Origin: an uncultured Gemmatimonadaceae bacterium
Lineage (GTDB): Bacteria > Gemmatimonadota > Gemmatimonadetes > Gemmatimonadales > Gemmatimonadaceae
Assembly (NCBI GenBank): GCA_963740355.1
Contig: CAVUDW010000002.1
Location: 2,432,001-2,496,000, forward strand
Direction of reading: 5' to 3'
Length of the DNA: 64,000 nucleotides
Each line of letters opens with the position of its first letter. Position 1 is the stretch's first letter. Under the pieces are notes generated by a model that was not told the DNA's origin, searched no databases, and saw only the letters and a list, made by a program, of their open reading frames with translations. Below are positions 9,215 to 20,587 of this stretch, in pieces. Both the position numbers and the translations under genes were made by a program.

Positions 9215-11127
9215 TACTTGTAGCTCCGCTGGCTGAGCTGCACGCTTTCGAACGTGAGGGGTTCCACGAGACGTGTCGGAGTCGATGTCTCGCCGTTGTA
9301 TTGCCAGGCAGCGACGTGCGCAAACTTCTCGTCATTGCGCAATGCCTCGCCATCCGGCGTCTGATATTCCGTACGGAAGTGCCCGCCGCAGCTTTCTTCG
9401 CGCTCGAGTGCGTCGCGGCACATCAGTTCACCCAGCTCCATGAAGTCAGCGATGCGATTCGCCTTCTCCAGCGCCTGATTGAGGTCGGCATCGCTGCCGG
9501 GCACGTTGACGTTCTTCCAGAACTCTTCCTTCAGCGCGCCGATATCCTGGATGGCCGATGTGAGGGAGGCGGTGTTTCGTGCCATGCCGCACTTCTCCCA
9601 CATGATCTTGCCAAGGTCGCGATGGAAGCTGTCGGCGGCACGCTTGCCCTTGATGCCGATGAGCTGCTTCATGCGATCGTTGGCACTCGCCTCGGCGGCG
9701 CGCACTTCCGGGTGATCGAGCGTGACCGGCGCGAGCTTGGCCTGCGCGAGATAGTCGCCGATGGTCACTGGAATCACGAAATATCCGTCGGCCAGTCCCT
9801 GCATGAGGGCGCTCGCCCCAAGCCGGTTTGCGCCGTGATCGGAGAAGTTCGCTTCGCCGAGCACATGCAGGCCAGGGATCGTGCTCATCAGGTTGTAGTC
9901 GACCCAGGTGCCGCCCATCGTGTAGTGCACGGCCGGGTAGATGCGCATCGGCTGCTTGTACGGATTTTCGTCCGTGATGCGCTCGTACATCTCAAAGAGG
10001 TTGCCGTAGCGCTCCGCCACGGTCTTCTCACCGAGGCGCTTGATGGAATCCGCGAAGTCGAGGTAGACACCGAGGCCGGTATCGCCCACGCCGCGGCCTT
10101 CGTCGCAGACTTCCTTCGCAGCGCGACTGGCGATGTCGCGTGGCGCAAGGTTGCCGAAGCTGGGATACTTTCGCTCGAGGAAGTAATCGCGCTCCGCTTC
10201 CGGGATATCCCGCGGATTGCGCGTGTCGCCCTTCTTGATCGGCGCCCAGCACCGGCCGTCGTTGCGCAACGACTCGGACATCAGCGTCAACTTCGACTGA
10301 TGGTCGCCGGCCTGTGGAATGCAGGTTGGATGGATCTGCGTGAAGCACGGATTGGCAAAGGCCGCGCCGCGCTTGTAGGCGCGCCAGGTTGCCGTCACGT
10401 TCGACTGCTTCGCGTTGGTGGAGAGGAAGAACACGTTCCCGTATCCGCCCGTCGCCAGCACCACTGCGTCGGCGACATGCGATGTGATCTTGCCGGTCTT
10501 GAGATCACGGGCCACGATCCCTCGCGCGACACCATCGACGAGGATCACGTCGACCATCTCGGTCAGCGTGTGCATCTCGATCGCACCCTTGCCGACCTGC
10601 TTCTCGAGCGCCTGATACGCGCCCAGCAGCAACTGCTGGCCCGTCTGTCCGCGGGCGTAGAACGTGCGGCTCACCTGCGCACCGCCGAACGAGCGGTTGG
10701 TCAGCAGGCCGCCGTACTCGCGCGCGAATGGGACGCCCTGTGCCACACACTGGTCGATGATGTTCACCGAGCACTGGGCGAGGCGGTACACGTTCGCCTC
10801 ACGCGCCCGGAAGTCACCGCCCTTGATCGTGTCGTAGAAGAGGCGCTTGATCGAGTCGCCGTCATTCTGGTAGTTCTTGGCGGCATTGATGCCGCCCTGT
10901 GCCGCGATCGAGTGGGCGCGCCGTGGCGAGTCATGGTACACGAAGCATGACACCTTGTAGCCCAGCTCGGACATCGTGGCCGCCGCCGATGCGCCGGCGA
11001 GGCCGGCACCCACGACGATCACGTGATACTTCCGCTTATTGGCCGGGTTCACGAGCTTCATGTTGAAGCGGTGTGCATCCCACTTCTGCTCGAGTGGACC
11101 CGACGGGATCTTGGACTTCAGTTCCAT
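9214..11127 (-). CDS. sdhA: Succinate dehydrogenase/fumarate reductase flavoprotein subunit
   Basis: [38 protein letters not shown]. Confidence 0.97.
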   Translation of the reverse strand: MELKSKIPSGPLEQKWDAHRFNMKLVNPANKRKYHVIVVGAGLAGASAAATMSELGYKVSCFVYHDSPRRAHSIAAQGGINAAKNYQNDGDSIKRLFYDTIKGGDFRAREANVYRLAQCSVNIIDQCVAQGVPFAREYGGLLTNRSFGGAQVSRTFYARGQTGQQLLLGAYQALEKQVGKGAIEMHTLTEMVDVILVDGVARGIVARDLKTGKITSHVADAVVLATGGYGNVFFLSTNAKQSNVTATWRAYKRGAAFANPCFTQIHPTCIPQAGDHQSKLTLMSESLRNDGRCWAPIKKGDTRNPRDIPEAERDYFLERKYPSFGNLAPRDIASRAAKEVCDEGRGVGDTGLGVYLDFADSIKRLGEKTVAERYGNLFEMYERITDENPYKQPMRIYPAVHYTMGGTWVDYNLMSTIPGLHVLGEANFSDHGANRLGASALMQGLADGYFVIPVTIGDYLAQAKLAPVTLDHPEVRAAEASANDRMKQLIGIKGKRAADSFHRDLGKIMWEKCGMARNTASLTSAIQDIGALKEEFWKNVNVPGSDADLNQALEKANRIADFMELGELMCRDALEREESCGGHFRTEYQTPDGEALRNDEKFAHVAAWQYNGETSTPTRLVEPLTFESVQLSQRSYK

Positions 11128-11143
11128 ATGCTGTTGCGCCCGA

Positions 11144-11803
11144 CTACTTGAGAACGCCGAGAAGGAAGGCCAGCGGGATGACCGCGAACCCGAGAGAGAT
11201 CACGATCGCCAGCACGACGGGCAGGTATCGCTTGAGCGGATGAGCACTCTGCTTGGCGAGGCCAAGGGTGCGCATCGAACTCCAGGCGCCATGGTACAGG
11301 TGCATGCCGAGGGCGACCATGGCGACGAGATAGAACACCGCGACCCACTTCACCGCAAAGCCAGTCACCAGGTTCTGGTAGATCTTGCCCTCGACGAAGT
11401 CGGGATGCACCGAGCCGATGGTGAAGTGCAGGATGTGGAAGACGATGAACACGAGCAGCAAAACGCCGCCCCATCGCAACGTCCGCGACGCCAGCGTGCT
11501 GACCTGCGGCTTCCGCGTCGCGTAATCGACGGGTCGCGCCGCGCGCGACAACATCGTGAGCTGGTAGGCGGCGGTCACGTGCAGGATGACCGCGGCGATC
11601 AGTACCACGCGTGCAAGCAGCACGATTTCGTGCAGCGGTCCGTGCAACAGTGCGCCATATGCATCGATCTTCTCAGCGCCTGAGAAGACCTGCAGGTTCC
11701 CCGCCATGTGGCCGATCACGAACCCCAGGCCGATCAGGCCCGTCACGCCCATCACCACCTTCTTGCCAATGGTGGAGCGCCAGAACGTCAACACCGTGTT
11801 CAT
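11144..11803 (-). CDS. sdhC: Succinate dehydrogenase cytochrome b subunit (single anchor, b558 family)
   Basis: [17 protein letters not shown]; five TM helices with conserved His residues; position upstream of sdhA. Confidence 0.92.
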   Translation of the reverse strand: MNTVLTFWRSTIGKKVVMGVTGLIGLGFVIGHMAGNLQVFSGAEKIDAYGALLHGPLHEIVLLARVVLIAAVILHVTAAYQLTMLSRAARPVDYATRKPQVSTLASRTLRWGGVLLLVFIVFHILHFTIGSVHPDFVEGKIYQNLVTGFAVKWVAVFYLVAMVALGMHLYHGAWSSMRTLGLAKQSAHPLKRYLPVVLAIVISLGFAVIPLAFLLGVLK

Positions 11804-11884
11804 CGAGCAGAATGCTCCGAAACTGGGTCAGAATGGTCGATCGGCGGATCAGGCTCGATGCCCGACCCGCCGGTCGAAGAATGC

Positions 11885-12814
11885 TCAGATCGTGAGCGCT
11901 GCCATCGGTTCGCGGACCGCCTGTGCACTCTTCTCGAGTGCCGCTCGCTCATCCGCAGAGAGCTCCACCTCGATCACCTTCTCCAGCCCGTTGCGGCCGA
12001 GCTTGCACGGCACGCCAAGGTAGAGTCCGGACATTCCATATTCACCCTCGAGCCACGCGGCACACGGCAGGATGCGCTTCTGGTCGTTGACGATCGCCTC
12101 GACCATCTGCACCGCGCCGGCCGATGGCGCGTAGTACGCGGAGCCGGTCTTGAGGTACTTCACGATTTCGGCACCGCCATCGCGCGTGCGCTGCACGATG
12201 GCATCGAGCGTCGGCTTGTCGAGCAGCTGCGTGACAGGAATGCCGCTGACCGACGTGTAGCTGACCAGCGGCACCATCGTGTCGCCGTGGCCGCCAAGAA
12301 CCATCGCGCGGATGTCCTTCACCGACACATCCATCGCCATCGCCAGGAAGGCGCAATAACGCGCCGTGTCGAGGACGCCGGCCATGCCGATGACGCGCTC
12401 GCGCGGGAACCCTGTCACCTGCTTCGCGACGTAGCACATCACGTCGAGCGGGTTCGAGACAACGATCACGATCGCGTTCGGCGACGTACGCTTCACCTGT
12501 TCGCACACCGCCTTCATGATGCCGGCGTTGGTGTTGACGAGGTCGTCGCGAGACATGCCCGGCTTGCGCGGGATGCCGGCCGTGATGACGACGATGTCGC
12601 TTCCGGCCGATTCGTCGTACCCGTTGCTGCCGATGACGAGAGAGTCGAAGCCCTCGATCGGCGCACTCTGATATTGGTCGAGTCCCTTCCCCTGCGGGAC
12701 TCCCTCGGCGACGTCCACCATCACTACATGGCGCGCCAGTTCCTTCTCGGCAATGCGCTGGGCGGCGGTTGCACCGACATTGCCGGCGCCAACAACCGTG
12801 ATCTTGTTCACCAT
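11885..12814 (-). CDS. mdh: Malate dehydrogenase (LDH-like)
   Basis: [29 protein letters not shown]. Confidence 0.97.
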   Translation of the reverse strand: MVNKITVVGAGNVGATAAQRIAEKELARHVVMVDVAEGVPQGKGLDQYQSAPIEGFDSLVIGSNGYDESAGSDIVVITAGIPRKPGMSRDDLVNTNAGIMKAVCEQVKRTSPNAIVIVVSNPLDVMCYVAKQVTGFPRERVIGMAGVLDTARYCAFLAMAMDVSVKDIRAMVLGGHGDTMVPLVSYTSVSGIPVTQLLDKPTLDAIVQRTRDGGAEIVKYLKTGSAYYAPSAGAVQMVEAIVNDQKRILPCAAWLEGEYGMSGLYLGVPCKLGRNGLEKVIEVELSADERAALEKSAQAVREPMAALTI

Positions 12815-12895
12815 TTCGTCAGTCGATCTGAGAGGTATGCGTCAGTCGCATCACACAGCCGATGCGGGTAACCATCACTATCGAGTATCGACGGA

Positions 12896-12924
12896 AACCT
12901 AGGCGAGCGCACCATTCCCGACAA
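12896..12924 (-). promoter_or_regulatory. Putative promoter of mdh-sdhCAB
   Basis: Minus strand TTGTCG-17 nt-TAGGTT. Confidence 0.45.
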
Positions 12925-12941
12925 CGACAACCCTTGCGACG

Positions 12942-13928
12942 CTAACCCCCGACCTGGCTCAGCGCTCGGAGCCCACCCACCTGCATCTGGAGCAGCGCAT
13001 GCTCCTTGGGCTTGCCGGCGAGCGCCTCGCGGAAGAGCGGCTCGAGCGGGGTTCCGGCGCGCAACGCATCGCGCAGGTTCACTTCGTGGTCGCCGAACAG
13101 GCAGGTGCGGAGCCGTCCGTCGGCCGTCAAGCGGACGCGGTTGCAGGTGCCACAGTAGGTGTGTGTCATCGGGGTGATCACACCCACCGAGCCCGGCGCG
13201 CCAGGGTAGCGGTAGTAGGTGGCCGGCCCGTTGCCGCGCGTGGGGCCCTCGTCCGCGCTGAGCGCATCGACGGAGGCGATCCGGTCGAGGATTTCGGCGG
13301 TCGGCACGACGTGGTCCCAGGTCAGCGCCTGCATGTCACCGACGGGCATCAGCTCGATGAAGCGGACATGCCACGGATGGTCCAGGGTGAGGCGCGCGAA
13401 GTCCGTCACCTCGTCATCGTTCACGCCGCGCATCACGACCACGTTGATCTTGATGGGTGCGATACCTGCGGCTTCGGCCGCGAGCAACGACGTGACGGGG
13501 TCAAATGACAGGTTCTTCCGTGCGATCGCCACGATGCGATCGGCGCGCAGACTGTCGGCACTCATGTTGAGGCGATCGAGGCCCGCGTCGCGCAGCGGCT
13601 GCGCCAGTTCGGGCATACGTACGCCATTCGTTGAGAGCGCGATATCCTCCACACCAGGCACCGCGCGCAGCTGGCGCACGAGTGACGTCAGTTCCGGACG
13701 AATCGTGGGTTCGCCGCCGGTCAGGCGGATGCGACGAAGCCCGAGTGGCGCGAGCTGCTGCACGACCGCTGTGATCTCCTCATAGGAGAGGATGTCCGCC
13801 TTCGGGAGCCACGGCAGCCCTTCGAGGGGCATGCAGTACGTGCACCGGAAATTGCACCGGTCAGTCACGGAGATGCGGAGATACTCGATGCTGCGTCCGA
13901 ACTGGTCGGTGAGCGTGACGTTGCTCAT
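12942..13928 (-). CDS. moaA: GTP 3',8-cyclase (molybdenum cofactor biosynthesis)
   Basis: YLRISVTDRCNFRCTYC, CGTCNRVR..C, C-terminal GG. Confidence 0.97.
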   Translation of the reverse strand: MSNVTLTDQFGRSIEYLRISVTDRCNFRCTYCMPLEGLPWLPKADILSYEEITAVVQQLAPLGLRRIRLTGGEPTIRPELTSLVRQLRAVPGVEDIALSTNGVRMPELAQPLRDAGLDRLNMSADSLRADRIVAIARKNLSFDPVTSLLAAEAAGIAPIKINVVVMRGVNDDEVTDFARLTLDHPWHVRFIELMPVGDMQALTWDHVVPTAEILDRIASVDALSADEGPTRGNGPATYYRYPGAPGSVGVITPMTHTYCGTCNRVRLTADGRLRTCLFGDHEVNLRDALRAGTPLEPLFREALAGKPKEHALLQMQVGGLRALSQVGG

Positions 13929-14368
13929 GACGTCGTGACCTCGACGCGCATTGCGGTCGGGTCGACCCAATGCCAGTCGCCCTCCACATAATGCTCGCGC
14001 TTCCAGATCGGGACTCGGCGCTTCAGCTCCTCGATGATGAAGCGGGATGCTTCCATCGCAGGCGCGCGACGCGCATGCGCAACTGCGATCGCCACGCTGA
14101 TCTCCTCGAGCATCAACAACCCCACGCGATGTTCGATCACGAGATTGACATTCTCAAATTTTTCGGCCGCCTCGCTCGCAATCCGGCCAAGTTCCTCCAA
14201 CGCCATCGCCGTGTACGCGGAATATTCGATGCCGGTCACGGCGCGCCCCTCGTTCACGTTGCGCACGGTACCGACGAAGAGCGTCGTTGCGCCGGTGGCT
14301 GGCGTGGTGACTTCAGCGAGGAGCGCGGCGGCGTCGATCGGGCCGTCGAGGATGGCAGTTCTGATCAT
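13925..14368 (-). CDS. moaE: Molybdopterin synthase catalytic subunit
   Basis: FVGTVR, HRVG, LKRRVPIWKRE. Confidence 0.95.
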   Translation of the reverse strand: MIRTAILDGPIDAAALLAEVTTPATGATTLFVGTVRNVNEGRAVTGIEYSAYTAMALEELGRIASEAAEKFENVNLVIEHRVGLLMLEEISVAIAVAHARRAPAMEASRFIIEELKRRVPIWKREHYVEGDWHWVDPTAMRVEVTTS

Positions 14369-14610
14369 CCGCCAGCGACCGGCGGAATGAGGGCGATCTC
14401 CTGACCAGCTTGCACGGGCACGGCGCCGCGGGTGTATCGCCGATCGACGGCAACCACCGGCGACGCCGGGAGCACGTCACCACCTGGCAGCGCGCGCAGC
14501 GCTACCACCACGTCCGCAACAGTAGCCGGCTCCGCCACCGTGACGGTCACGGTACTGGCGCCGAAGGCGTCGGCGTACGAAGCGAAGAGGAGGACGTCCA
14601 GTTGGGTCAT
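14365..14610 (-). CDS. moaD: Molybdopterin synthase sulfur carrier
   Basis: 81 aa ubiquitin-like protein ending IPPVAGG; upstream of moaE. Confidence 0.93.
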   Translation of the reverse strand: MTQLDVLLFASYADAFGASTVTVTVAEPATVADVVVALRALPGGDVLPASPVVAVDRRYTRGAVPVQAGQEIALIPPVAGG

Positions 14611-14686
14611 GTGAGTTGTCGGTGAGACTCCCCAAGATAGCGGAGGCCGACGGTGAACGTTCCCGAAGCGATGGACGGAAACGACT

Positions 14687-14711
14687 GCGGGGCGCTGTGG
14701 CAGCGCCCCGC
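14687..14711 (-). terminator. Hairpin downstream of the HU/IHF gene
   Basis: 11-bp stem gcggggcgctg / cagcgccccgc; weak U tract. Confidence 0.55.
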
Positions 14712-14751
14712 GAAACGCGCGACGGCGCGTATGTGCATGTACGACTTGAAC

Positions 14752-15096
14752 TTACTCGTCGAAATCGTCGTCGTCGTCGGCAAACCCACCCTCGGGCACC
14801 TCTTCGCCGGCCACCATCGCTCGCAGCTCTTTCGACGGCTTGAACACCGGCACCGGCCGGGCAGAGACTTCGACTGGCTCACCCGTCCGCGGGTTGCGCG
14901 CCATGCGCGTCTTCCGCTGACGAATCTTGAAAGTCCCGAAGCCGCGCACCTCGATGTTCTTCTGGTCCTTCATCGCGTCCTTGATGGCGTCGAGAAACGC
15001 ATCCACGACACGGGCACAATCCTTCTTGGAAATCAGCGGGCCAGCCGTGCGAGAAATCTGCTCGGTGACACGCTCAACCAGATCGGCTTTCGTCAT
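14752..15096 (-). CDS. HU/IHF-family DNA-binding protein with acidic tail
   Basis: MTKADL, IEVRGFGTF, ARNPRTGE, FKPSKEL. Confidence 0.95.
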   Translation of the reverse strand: MTKADLVERVTEQISRTAGPLISKKDCARVVDAFLDAIKDAMKDQKNIEVRGFGTFKIRQRKTRMARNPRTGEPVEVSARPVPVFKPSKELRAMVAGEEVPEGGFADDDDDFDE

Positions 15097-15144
15097 GGAC
15101 GCCCTCAAGGAGTCAACTCCCGGTTACCACCGGGCTCGGGCGCG

Positions 15145-15174
15145 AAGCTAGCCACGTAGAGTGTTGTCAGTCAA
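15145..15174 (-). promoter_or_regulatory. Putative promoter of the HU/IHF gene
   Basis: Minus strand TTGACT-18 nt-TAGCTT. Confidence 0.55.
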
Positions 15175-15188
15175 GAGGTTGCCCAACT

Positions 15189-16319
15189 TTACGCGCGCCC
15201 ACGAAGGGTGGCCATGAACTCATGGAACACCGGGCGGGCATCATGCGGACCAGGCGCAGCCTCTGGATGGTACTGCACGGAGAAGACTGGCAGCGTGCGG
15301 TGGCGCAGGCCTTCGATGGTGCCGTCGTTGAGATTGACGTGCGTGACCTGCAGGTCAGTCGACCCCGCCACGCCCTCTGCGCTGCCAGCGACCGAGAACC
15401 CATGGTTCTGCGACGTGATCAGAACCTTGCCGGTCGCGAGCTCCTTCACCGGCTGGTTTCCCCCTCGGTGCCCAAACGGCATCTTCTCCGTGTGGCCGCC
15501 AAAGGTAAGCCCGATCAGCTGGTGCCCCAGGCAAATCCCGAACAGCGGCGTGCCGGACTCAGCCACACCGCGAATCATCGCAGGCGCGTAGCTCACGGCG
15601 GCCGGATCGCCGGGACCGTTCGAGAGGAAGACGCCGTCCGGCTTTTGCGCCAGAATCTCCTCCGAGGTCGTCGTGGCGGGGACGACGGTCACCTTGCAGC
15701 CTTCATCGGAGAACAGGCGGAGCATGTTCTCCTTGATGCCGAAGTCGACGGCAACGATGTGGTGCGCGGTATTCTCGGCGCCGTAGACGTAGCTCGACTG
15801 CGTCGCAGCCGTCGTGGCCAGGTCCGCGCCTTCCATACGTGGAGCCGCCTCCAGCGCGGCTCGCGCCGCCGCCGAAGGCTCCTCACCCACGCAGATCACG
15901 CCGAGCATCACGCCTGCGCTGCGCAGATGGCGCGTCAAGCGACGCGTGTCAACACCCTGGAGGGCTGGCACCCGCGCCGCGGCCAACCACGAGGGCAGGT
16001 CTCCCGTCGCGCGCCAGTTCGAATACGTCCGCGACATCTCGCGCACCACGACACCCGAAACCTGCACCTTGCCGCTTTCGGGGTCTTCGGTATTCACACC
16101 GTAGTTCCCGATCTGCGGGGTGGTCATCACCACGATCTGCCCGTTGTACGAGGGATCCGTGAAGACCTCCTGGTACCCGGTCATGTTGGTCGTGAAGACG
16201 ACCTCGGCGACCGTCGGAACGGTGTCGGCGTTGACCATGCCCCTGAACGTCGAACCGTCCTCGAGGAGCAATACCCCGGGGACGGTGTCGAGCGAGAGCG
16301 GTGCGGCGTCGCTGCTCAC
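15189..16319 (-). CDS. carA: Carbamoyl-phosphate synthase small subunit
   Basis: LEDG, TGYQE, SNGPGDP, GICLGHQ, QYHPEAAPGPHD; GTG start overlapping the secG stop (inferred). Confidence 0.96.
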   Translation of the reverse strand: MSSDAAPLSLDTVPGVLLLEDGSTFRGMVNADTVPTVAEVVFTTNMTGYQEVFTDPSYNGQIVVMTTPQIGNYGVNTEDPESGKVQVSGVVVREMSRTYSNWRATGDLPSWLAAARVPALQGVDTRRLTRHLRSAGVMLGVICVGEEPSAAARAALEAAPRMEGADLATTAATQSSYVYGAENTAHHIVAVDFGIKENMLRLFSDEGCKVTVVPATTTSEEILAQKPDGVFLSNGPGDPAAVSYAPAMIRGVAESGTPLFGICLGHQLIGLTFGGHTEKMPFGHRGGNQPVKELATGKVLITSQNHGFSVAGSAEGVAGSTDLQVTHVNLNDGTIEGLRHRTLPVFSVQYHPEAAPGPHDARPVFHEFMATLRGRA

Positions 16320-16729
16320 TTCTTGGCGGGTGCGGGCGCGGCAGGGGCCTGCGCGGCTGGGGCAGCAGGCGTAAGCGGAAGGGCGGTCCCTGCCGGCTTG
16401 GTGCCGGGGGCCGGCGTTCCGGCGGCCGGTGCCGACGGCGCCGCTGGAGCGGGCGTCGAGAAGGCGTTGTCGAGCACCGACTTCGGCGCCCGCTGCCGCG
16501 TCGTCAGCAGCTGCAGCACGAGCGAGAGGAACAGAAACGCGCCACCGCCCCACCAGCTGATCTTCGTCAGCAGATTGCCTGCCTGCCGCGTGCCGATGAC
16601 GGCGTCAGCAGACGATGTCGCGCCACCGAAGTTGGCGGCCATGCCACCGCCCTTGCCGGACTGCAGCAGGATGGCGGCGATCAGGACGAGGCTGATCAGG
16701 ATCAGGATGACGAGCAGGAACGTGTACAT
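16316..16729 (-). CDS. secG: Preprotein translocase subunit SecG
   Basis: ILLQSGKGGGMAANFGG; two TM segments and a Pro/Ala tail; follows tpiA. Confidence 0.92.
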   Translation of the reverse strand: MYTFLLVILILISLVLIAAILLQSGKGGGMAANFGGATSSADAVIGTRQAGNLLTKISWWGGGAFLFLSLVLQLLTTRQRAPKSVLDNAFSTPAPAAPSAPAAGTPAPGTKPAGTALPLTPAAPAAQAPAAPAPAKK

Positions 16730-16799
16730 CGGATCGGATGGGTCGGAGACGTCTCTTCTCTGAACTAGCCACGAAAGGAAGCGACTCCGACCCCTCGAA

Positions 16800-17549
16800 T
16801 CAAGCGCGGACGATCGCGTTCCAGCCGTCCGCGTCCAGACTCGCCCCACCGACGAGCACGCCGTCGACGTCGGGCGCCGCGAGCAGCGTGGTCGCGTTGC
16901 CACGATTCACGCTGCCCCCATAGAGAATCGGGATCCCCAGGGCTCGTTCGCCGATCGCCGTCTTGAGCGCCGCCACGATCGCGCCGTGAACCGAGCTGGC
17001 GTCGTCCGGGGTGGCCGTGCGACCCGTCCCGATGGCCCAGACGGGCTCGTAGGCGAACATCATCGAGGCGACCTGCCCCTCCTCGACCCCAGCGATTCCT
17101 GCGCGCAACTGGCGAAGGACCGTCGCTTCGGTGTTCCCGGCATCGCGCTCCGCCAGCAGTTCGCCGATGCAGAGCACCGGAGTCAGCCCCGCGCGGAACG
17201 CCGCCTTCACTTTCGCATTGCTTTCGGCATCCGTCTCACCGAACACGTGGCGACGTTCGGAATGGCCGACGAGAACGTGTGTCGCGCCAGCGTCGCGTGC
17301 CATCGGTGCCGAGTTCTCGCCGGTGAACGCGCCCTTGTCCTCGCCATGGATGTTCTGGATGCCGACTTCGAGATCGGGACGTTCGCGCACCATTTCGCTG
17401 ACGGTCGTCACCGACAGCGCGTTCGGAAAGAACAGCACCTTGCGGTCGTGCTGCCGTGGGTAATGCGCGAGGAAGCTCTTGATGAAGGCCCGGGCATCGC
17501 TCGGACCGTGGTGCATTTTCCAGTTGGCAGCAAAGATCGGCAGCTTCAA
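16800..17549 (-). CDS. tpiA: Triosephosphate isomerase
   Basis: [27 protein letters not shown]. Confidence 0.98.
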   Translation of the reverse strand: MKLPIFAANWKMHHGPSDARAFIKSFLAHYPRQHDRKVLFFPNALSVTTVSEMVRERPDLEVGIQNIHGEDKGAFTGENSAPMARDAGATHVLVGHSERRHVFGETDAESNAKVKAAFRAGLTPVLCIGELLAERDAGNTEATVLRQLRAGIAGVEEGQVASMMFAYEPVWAIGTGRTATPDDASSVHGAIVAALKTAIGERALGIPILYGGSVNRGNATTLLAAPDVDGVLVGGASLDADGWNAIVRA

Positions 17550-18755
17550 GCGGTCCCCTTGTCGTCGAGTGCGGCCACGCCAGGGAGTTCCTTGCCTTCG
17601 AGAAATTCGAGGCTGGCTCCGCCACCCGTGGACACGTGGCTCATCATGTCGCCCAGCCCTGCTTCCACGACGGCCGCTGCGGAATCACCGCCGCCGACAA
17701 TCGTGATGGCTCCCTTCCCCGTGGCGGCAGCCATCGCCGTCGCCACGGCACGCGTGCCGGCGTCGAACGGTGGCTTCTCGAACACACCCATCGGACCGTT
17801 CCACAACACCGTCTTCGCCGACAGGATCGCGCGCGCATAACTCTGCGCCGAATCGGGGCCGATGTCGAGCATCGCCTCGCCCGCGGGAATCGCATCACGC
17901 TTGACCGCGTGCGCCGTCTTCGGTTGGTCCATGCCCTTGGCGACCGTCGCATCGTGCGGCAGGATCAACAGGCTGCCAGCGCGCTCGATGAGATCCTTCG
18001 CCATCTCGACGCGATCCGGTTCGACCAGCGACGTGCCGGTCTCGAACCCAAGCGCCTTGTAGAACGTGCACGCCATCGCGCCGCCGATCAACAACGCGTC
18101 CACCTTCGGCAACAGCGCTTCGACGACGTCGATCTTGCCCGAAATCTTCGAGCCGCCAAGAATTGCAACGAAGGGGCGCTTGGGATCGTCGAGCGCACCG
18201 CCGAGGTACGACAGCTCGCTCTCCATCAACAGCCCTGCCACGGCCGGTCGCAGGTACTTCGCGATGCCTGCGGTGGACGCATGCGCGCGATGTGCACTGC
18301 CAAAGGCATCATTCACGTACAGGTCGCCGAGCGTCGCCAGTCGCTGGGCGAGCGCGTCGTCATTCTTTTCCTCGCCGGGCAGGAAGCGCGTGTTCTCCAT
18401 CAGGAGCACGGCACCGTCGGCCAGCGCATTGGTGGCGGCGACCGCCGCTGCGTCATCGGTCGTCGCGCAGAACGAGACGTCGACGCCCGGCAGGACGCCC
18501 TTCAGTGCAGGCACCACAGCCGCCAGCGTGTACTTCGCATCCGGTGCACCTTTCGGTCGGCCAAGATGCGAGAGCAACACGACGCGCGCGCCATGGCTGC
18601 GCAGCAACTGGATCGTCGGCACGGCCGCGCGGAGGCGTGTGTCGTCACTGACGCGCGCCGGTGTCGTCGAACGGCACGTTGAAATCGACGCGCACGACGA
18701 CACGACGCCCGCGCAATTGCGCGGGCGCCAGATCCTTCACGGAACGCTTTTCCAT
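17546..18755 (-). CDS. pgk: Phosphoglycerate kinase, frameshifted near 18655 in this sequence
   Basis: ATG 18755 gives [24 protein letters not shown]; the rest ([38 protein letters not shown]) is in another frame; span 1210 nt = 3n+1. Confidence 0.93.
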
Positions 18756-19768
18756 CAGGCGAGCTTGCTGCCGACGAACTGCAGCAGGTCGACGCAGCGG
18801 CTCGAGTAGCCCCACTCGTTGTCGTACCAGCCCGACAGCTTGACCATCGTCTTGTCGATGACGTTGGTGCTCTTCGAGTCGATCGTGCAGGAGAAGGGAT
18901 TGCCGATGTAGTCGACGCTCACGAGTTCGACCGTGCTGTAGTCGAGGATGCCCTTCAGCGGGCCGTCCTTGGCGGCGGCGATGAAGGCCGCGTTGACTTC
19001 CTCGATCGTGGTGGCGCGCTCGACCTCGACCGTCAGCTCGGTGAGCGAGACGTCCGGCGTCGGGACGCGAATCGAGATGCCGTCGATCAGGCCCTTGACC
19101 TCGGGAATCACCAGGGCCGTCGCCTTCGCAGCACCGGTGGTGGTCGGGATCATCGACAGCCCGGCCGCGCGGGCGCGGCGCTTGTCCTTGTGCGGCAGGT
19201 CGAGGATCTGCTGATCGTTGGTGTAGCTGTGGATCGTGACCATCGCGCCATGCTTGAAGCCGAAATTGTCGCGTACGACCTTCACCATCGGCACCAGGCA
19301 GTTGGTCGTGCAGCTGGCGTTCGAGATGATGTTGTGGGCGGCTGCATCGTACTTCTGGTGGTTGACGCCCATCACGATCGTAATGTCTTCACCGGTGGCC
19401 GGCGCCGAGATGATGACCTTCTTCGCGCCGGCGCCGATGTGCTTCCGCGCCTTCTCGGCGTCGGTGAAGATGCCGGTCGACTCGAGCACGATGTCGGCGC
19501 CGACGGCGGCCCACGGCAGGTTCGCCGGGTCGCGCTCGGCGGTGATCTTGATTTCGTCACCATCGACGATGATTGCGCCTTCCTTTGCGCTCACTTCACC
19601 CTGATAGGTGCCGTGCACGGAGTCGTACTTGAACAGGTGCGCCAGCATGGCCGTATCGGTCAGGTCGTTGATGCCGACGAAATCGATGGCGGCGCCAGAC
19701 TTCTTGGCTGCGCGCAGGACGTTTCGTCCGATACGACCGAACCCATTGATGCCGACCCGAATTGCCAT
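18755..19768 (-). CDS. gap: Type I glyceraldehyde-3-phosphate dehydrogenase
   Basis: [27 protein letters not shown]. Confidence 0.98.
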   Translation of the reverse strand: MAIRVGINGFGRIGRNVLRAAKKSGAAIDFVGINDLTDTAMLAHLFKYDSVHGTYQGEVSAKEGAIIVDGDEIKITAERDPANLPWAAVGADIVLESTGIFTDAEKARKHIGAGAKKVIISAPATGEDITIVMGVNHQKYDAAAHNIISNASCTTNCLVPMVKVVRDNFGFKHGAMVTIHSYTNDQQILDLPHKDKRRARAAGLSMIPTTTGAAKATALVIPEVKGLIDGISIRVPTPDVSLTELTVEVERATTIEEVNAAFIAAAKDGPLKGILDYSTVELVSVDYIGNPFSCTIDSKSTNVIDKTMVKLSGWYDNEWGYSSRCVDLLQFVGSKLA

Positions 19769-19772
19769 GACG

Positions 19773-20582
19773 CTACTCCAGTGGTGAACGGCGGTCGCCG
19801 ATGGCAGGCGCCCGTCCGAAGGTGACACAGCTTACGATACGTGCGCCGCCGTCCACGAGGGCGGCGGCGCACGCGACAAGTGTGGCTGCGGTGGTGACGA
19901 CATCGTCAACGAGCACGCAGTGTGCACCCTGCACGAGAGGGGCACCATCGGAAGCCACGGTGAAAGCGCGAGTTACGTTCACTACTCTCTCCCCGGGTGT
20001 CAACCGCGTCTGGCTCACGGGCATCCTCGTCCGCCGCAGGGCGTCGAGAATCGGCACCCCCCAATGTGCCGCGAGGGCTTGCGCGAGCGCGGCAGCCTGG
20101 TTGTAACCGCGCTCGCGTTCCCGCCACGGGGCGAGGGGCACCGGTACCAGCCACGCGCGTTCGCGCACCACGTCAGCGGGCCACCGCAGCCGCGACATCT
20201 CTAGGGCCATCCCGTCGGCCACGCGAGGCCAGCCATCGTACTTCAGCGCGTGCACGAGTCGACTGGCGACGCCCCCGTGTGACATCCACGCCACTGAGCG
20301 AACCGATCGCACGAAGGGTGGCAATGCGTCGCACCAGCGACAGGGATCACCAGCCTCCGCGTTGTATGCAGCGGGGTGCCCACAACGTGCGCACTGCGGA
20401 AAGGGCAGTCGTTCGACCTTGCTCCAGCACAGTCGGCAGGCCGGTCCGTGCTCGTGGCCCAATGACGCGCCGCAGAGTGCGCACACGCCCGGCAAGGCGA
20501 GTTCGAGCAGCGCCGCAGAGAATTCGAGACAACCCTGCCACGCCGCAGCCAGTGGAGACCGTGCCGCCATTGGGCGCAACAT
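19773..20582 (-). CDS. comF: ComF family protein (double zinc ribbon plus PRTase-like domain)
   Basis: Four CxxC pairs, [24 protein letters not shown]; start uncertain (20582 or 20570). Confidence 0.88.
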   Translation of the reverse strand: MLRPMAARSPLAAAWQGCLEFSAALLELALPGVCALCGASLGHEHGPACRLCWSKVERLPFPQCARCGHPAAYNAEAGDPCRWCDALPPFVRSVRSVAWMSHGGVASRLVHALKYDGWPRVADGMALEMSRLRWPADVVRERAWLVPVPLAPWRERERGYNQAAALAQALAAHWGVPILDALRRTRMPVSQTRLTPGERVVNVTRAFTVASDGAPLVQGAHCVLVDDVVTTAATLVACAAALVDGGARIVSCVTFGRAPAIGDRRSPLE

Positions 20583-20587
20583 CGGTG

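Noticed and set aside
9301..10950. Long antisense ORFs (also 5346-6584, 15222-16763, 28698-30152, 32223-33776, 37970-39442, 60415-61611)
   Set aside because: They mirror well-supported minus-strand genes and have no motifs; typical high-GC shadow ORFs
14611..14751. Moco riboswitch upstream of moaD
   Set aside because: The space is taken by a terminator-like hairpin and a -10-like box about 24 nt from the ATG; no aptamer features seen
18640..18670. Programmed ribosomal frameshifting in pgk or the amidase
   Set aside because: No canonical slippery heptamer or obvious stimulator at either site
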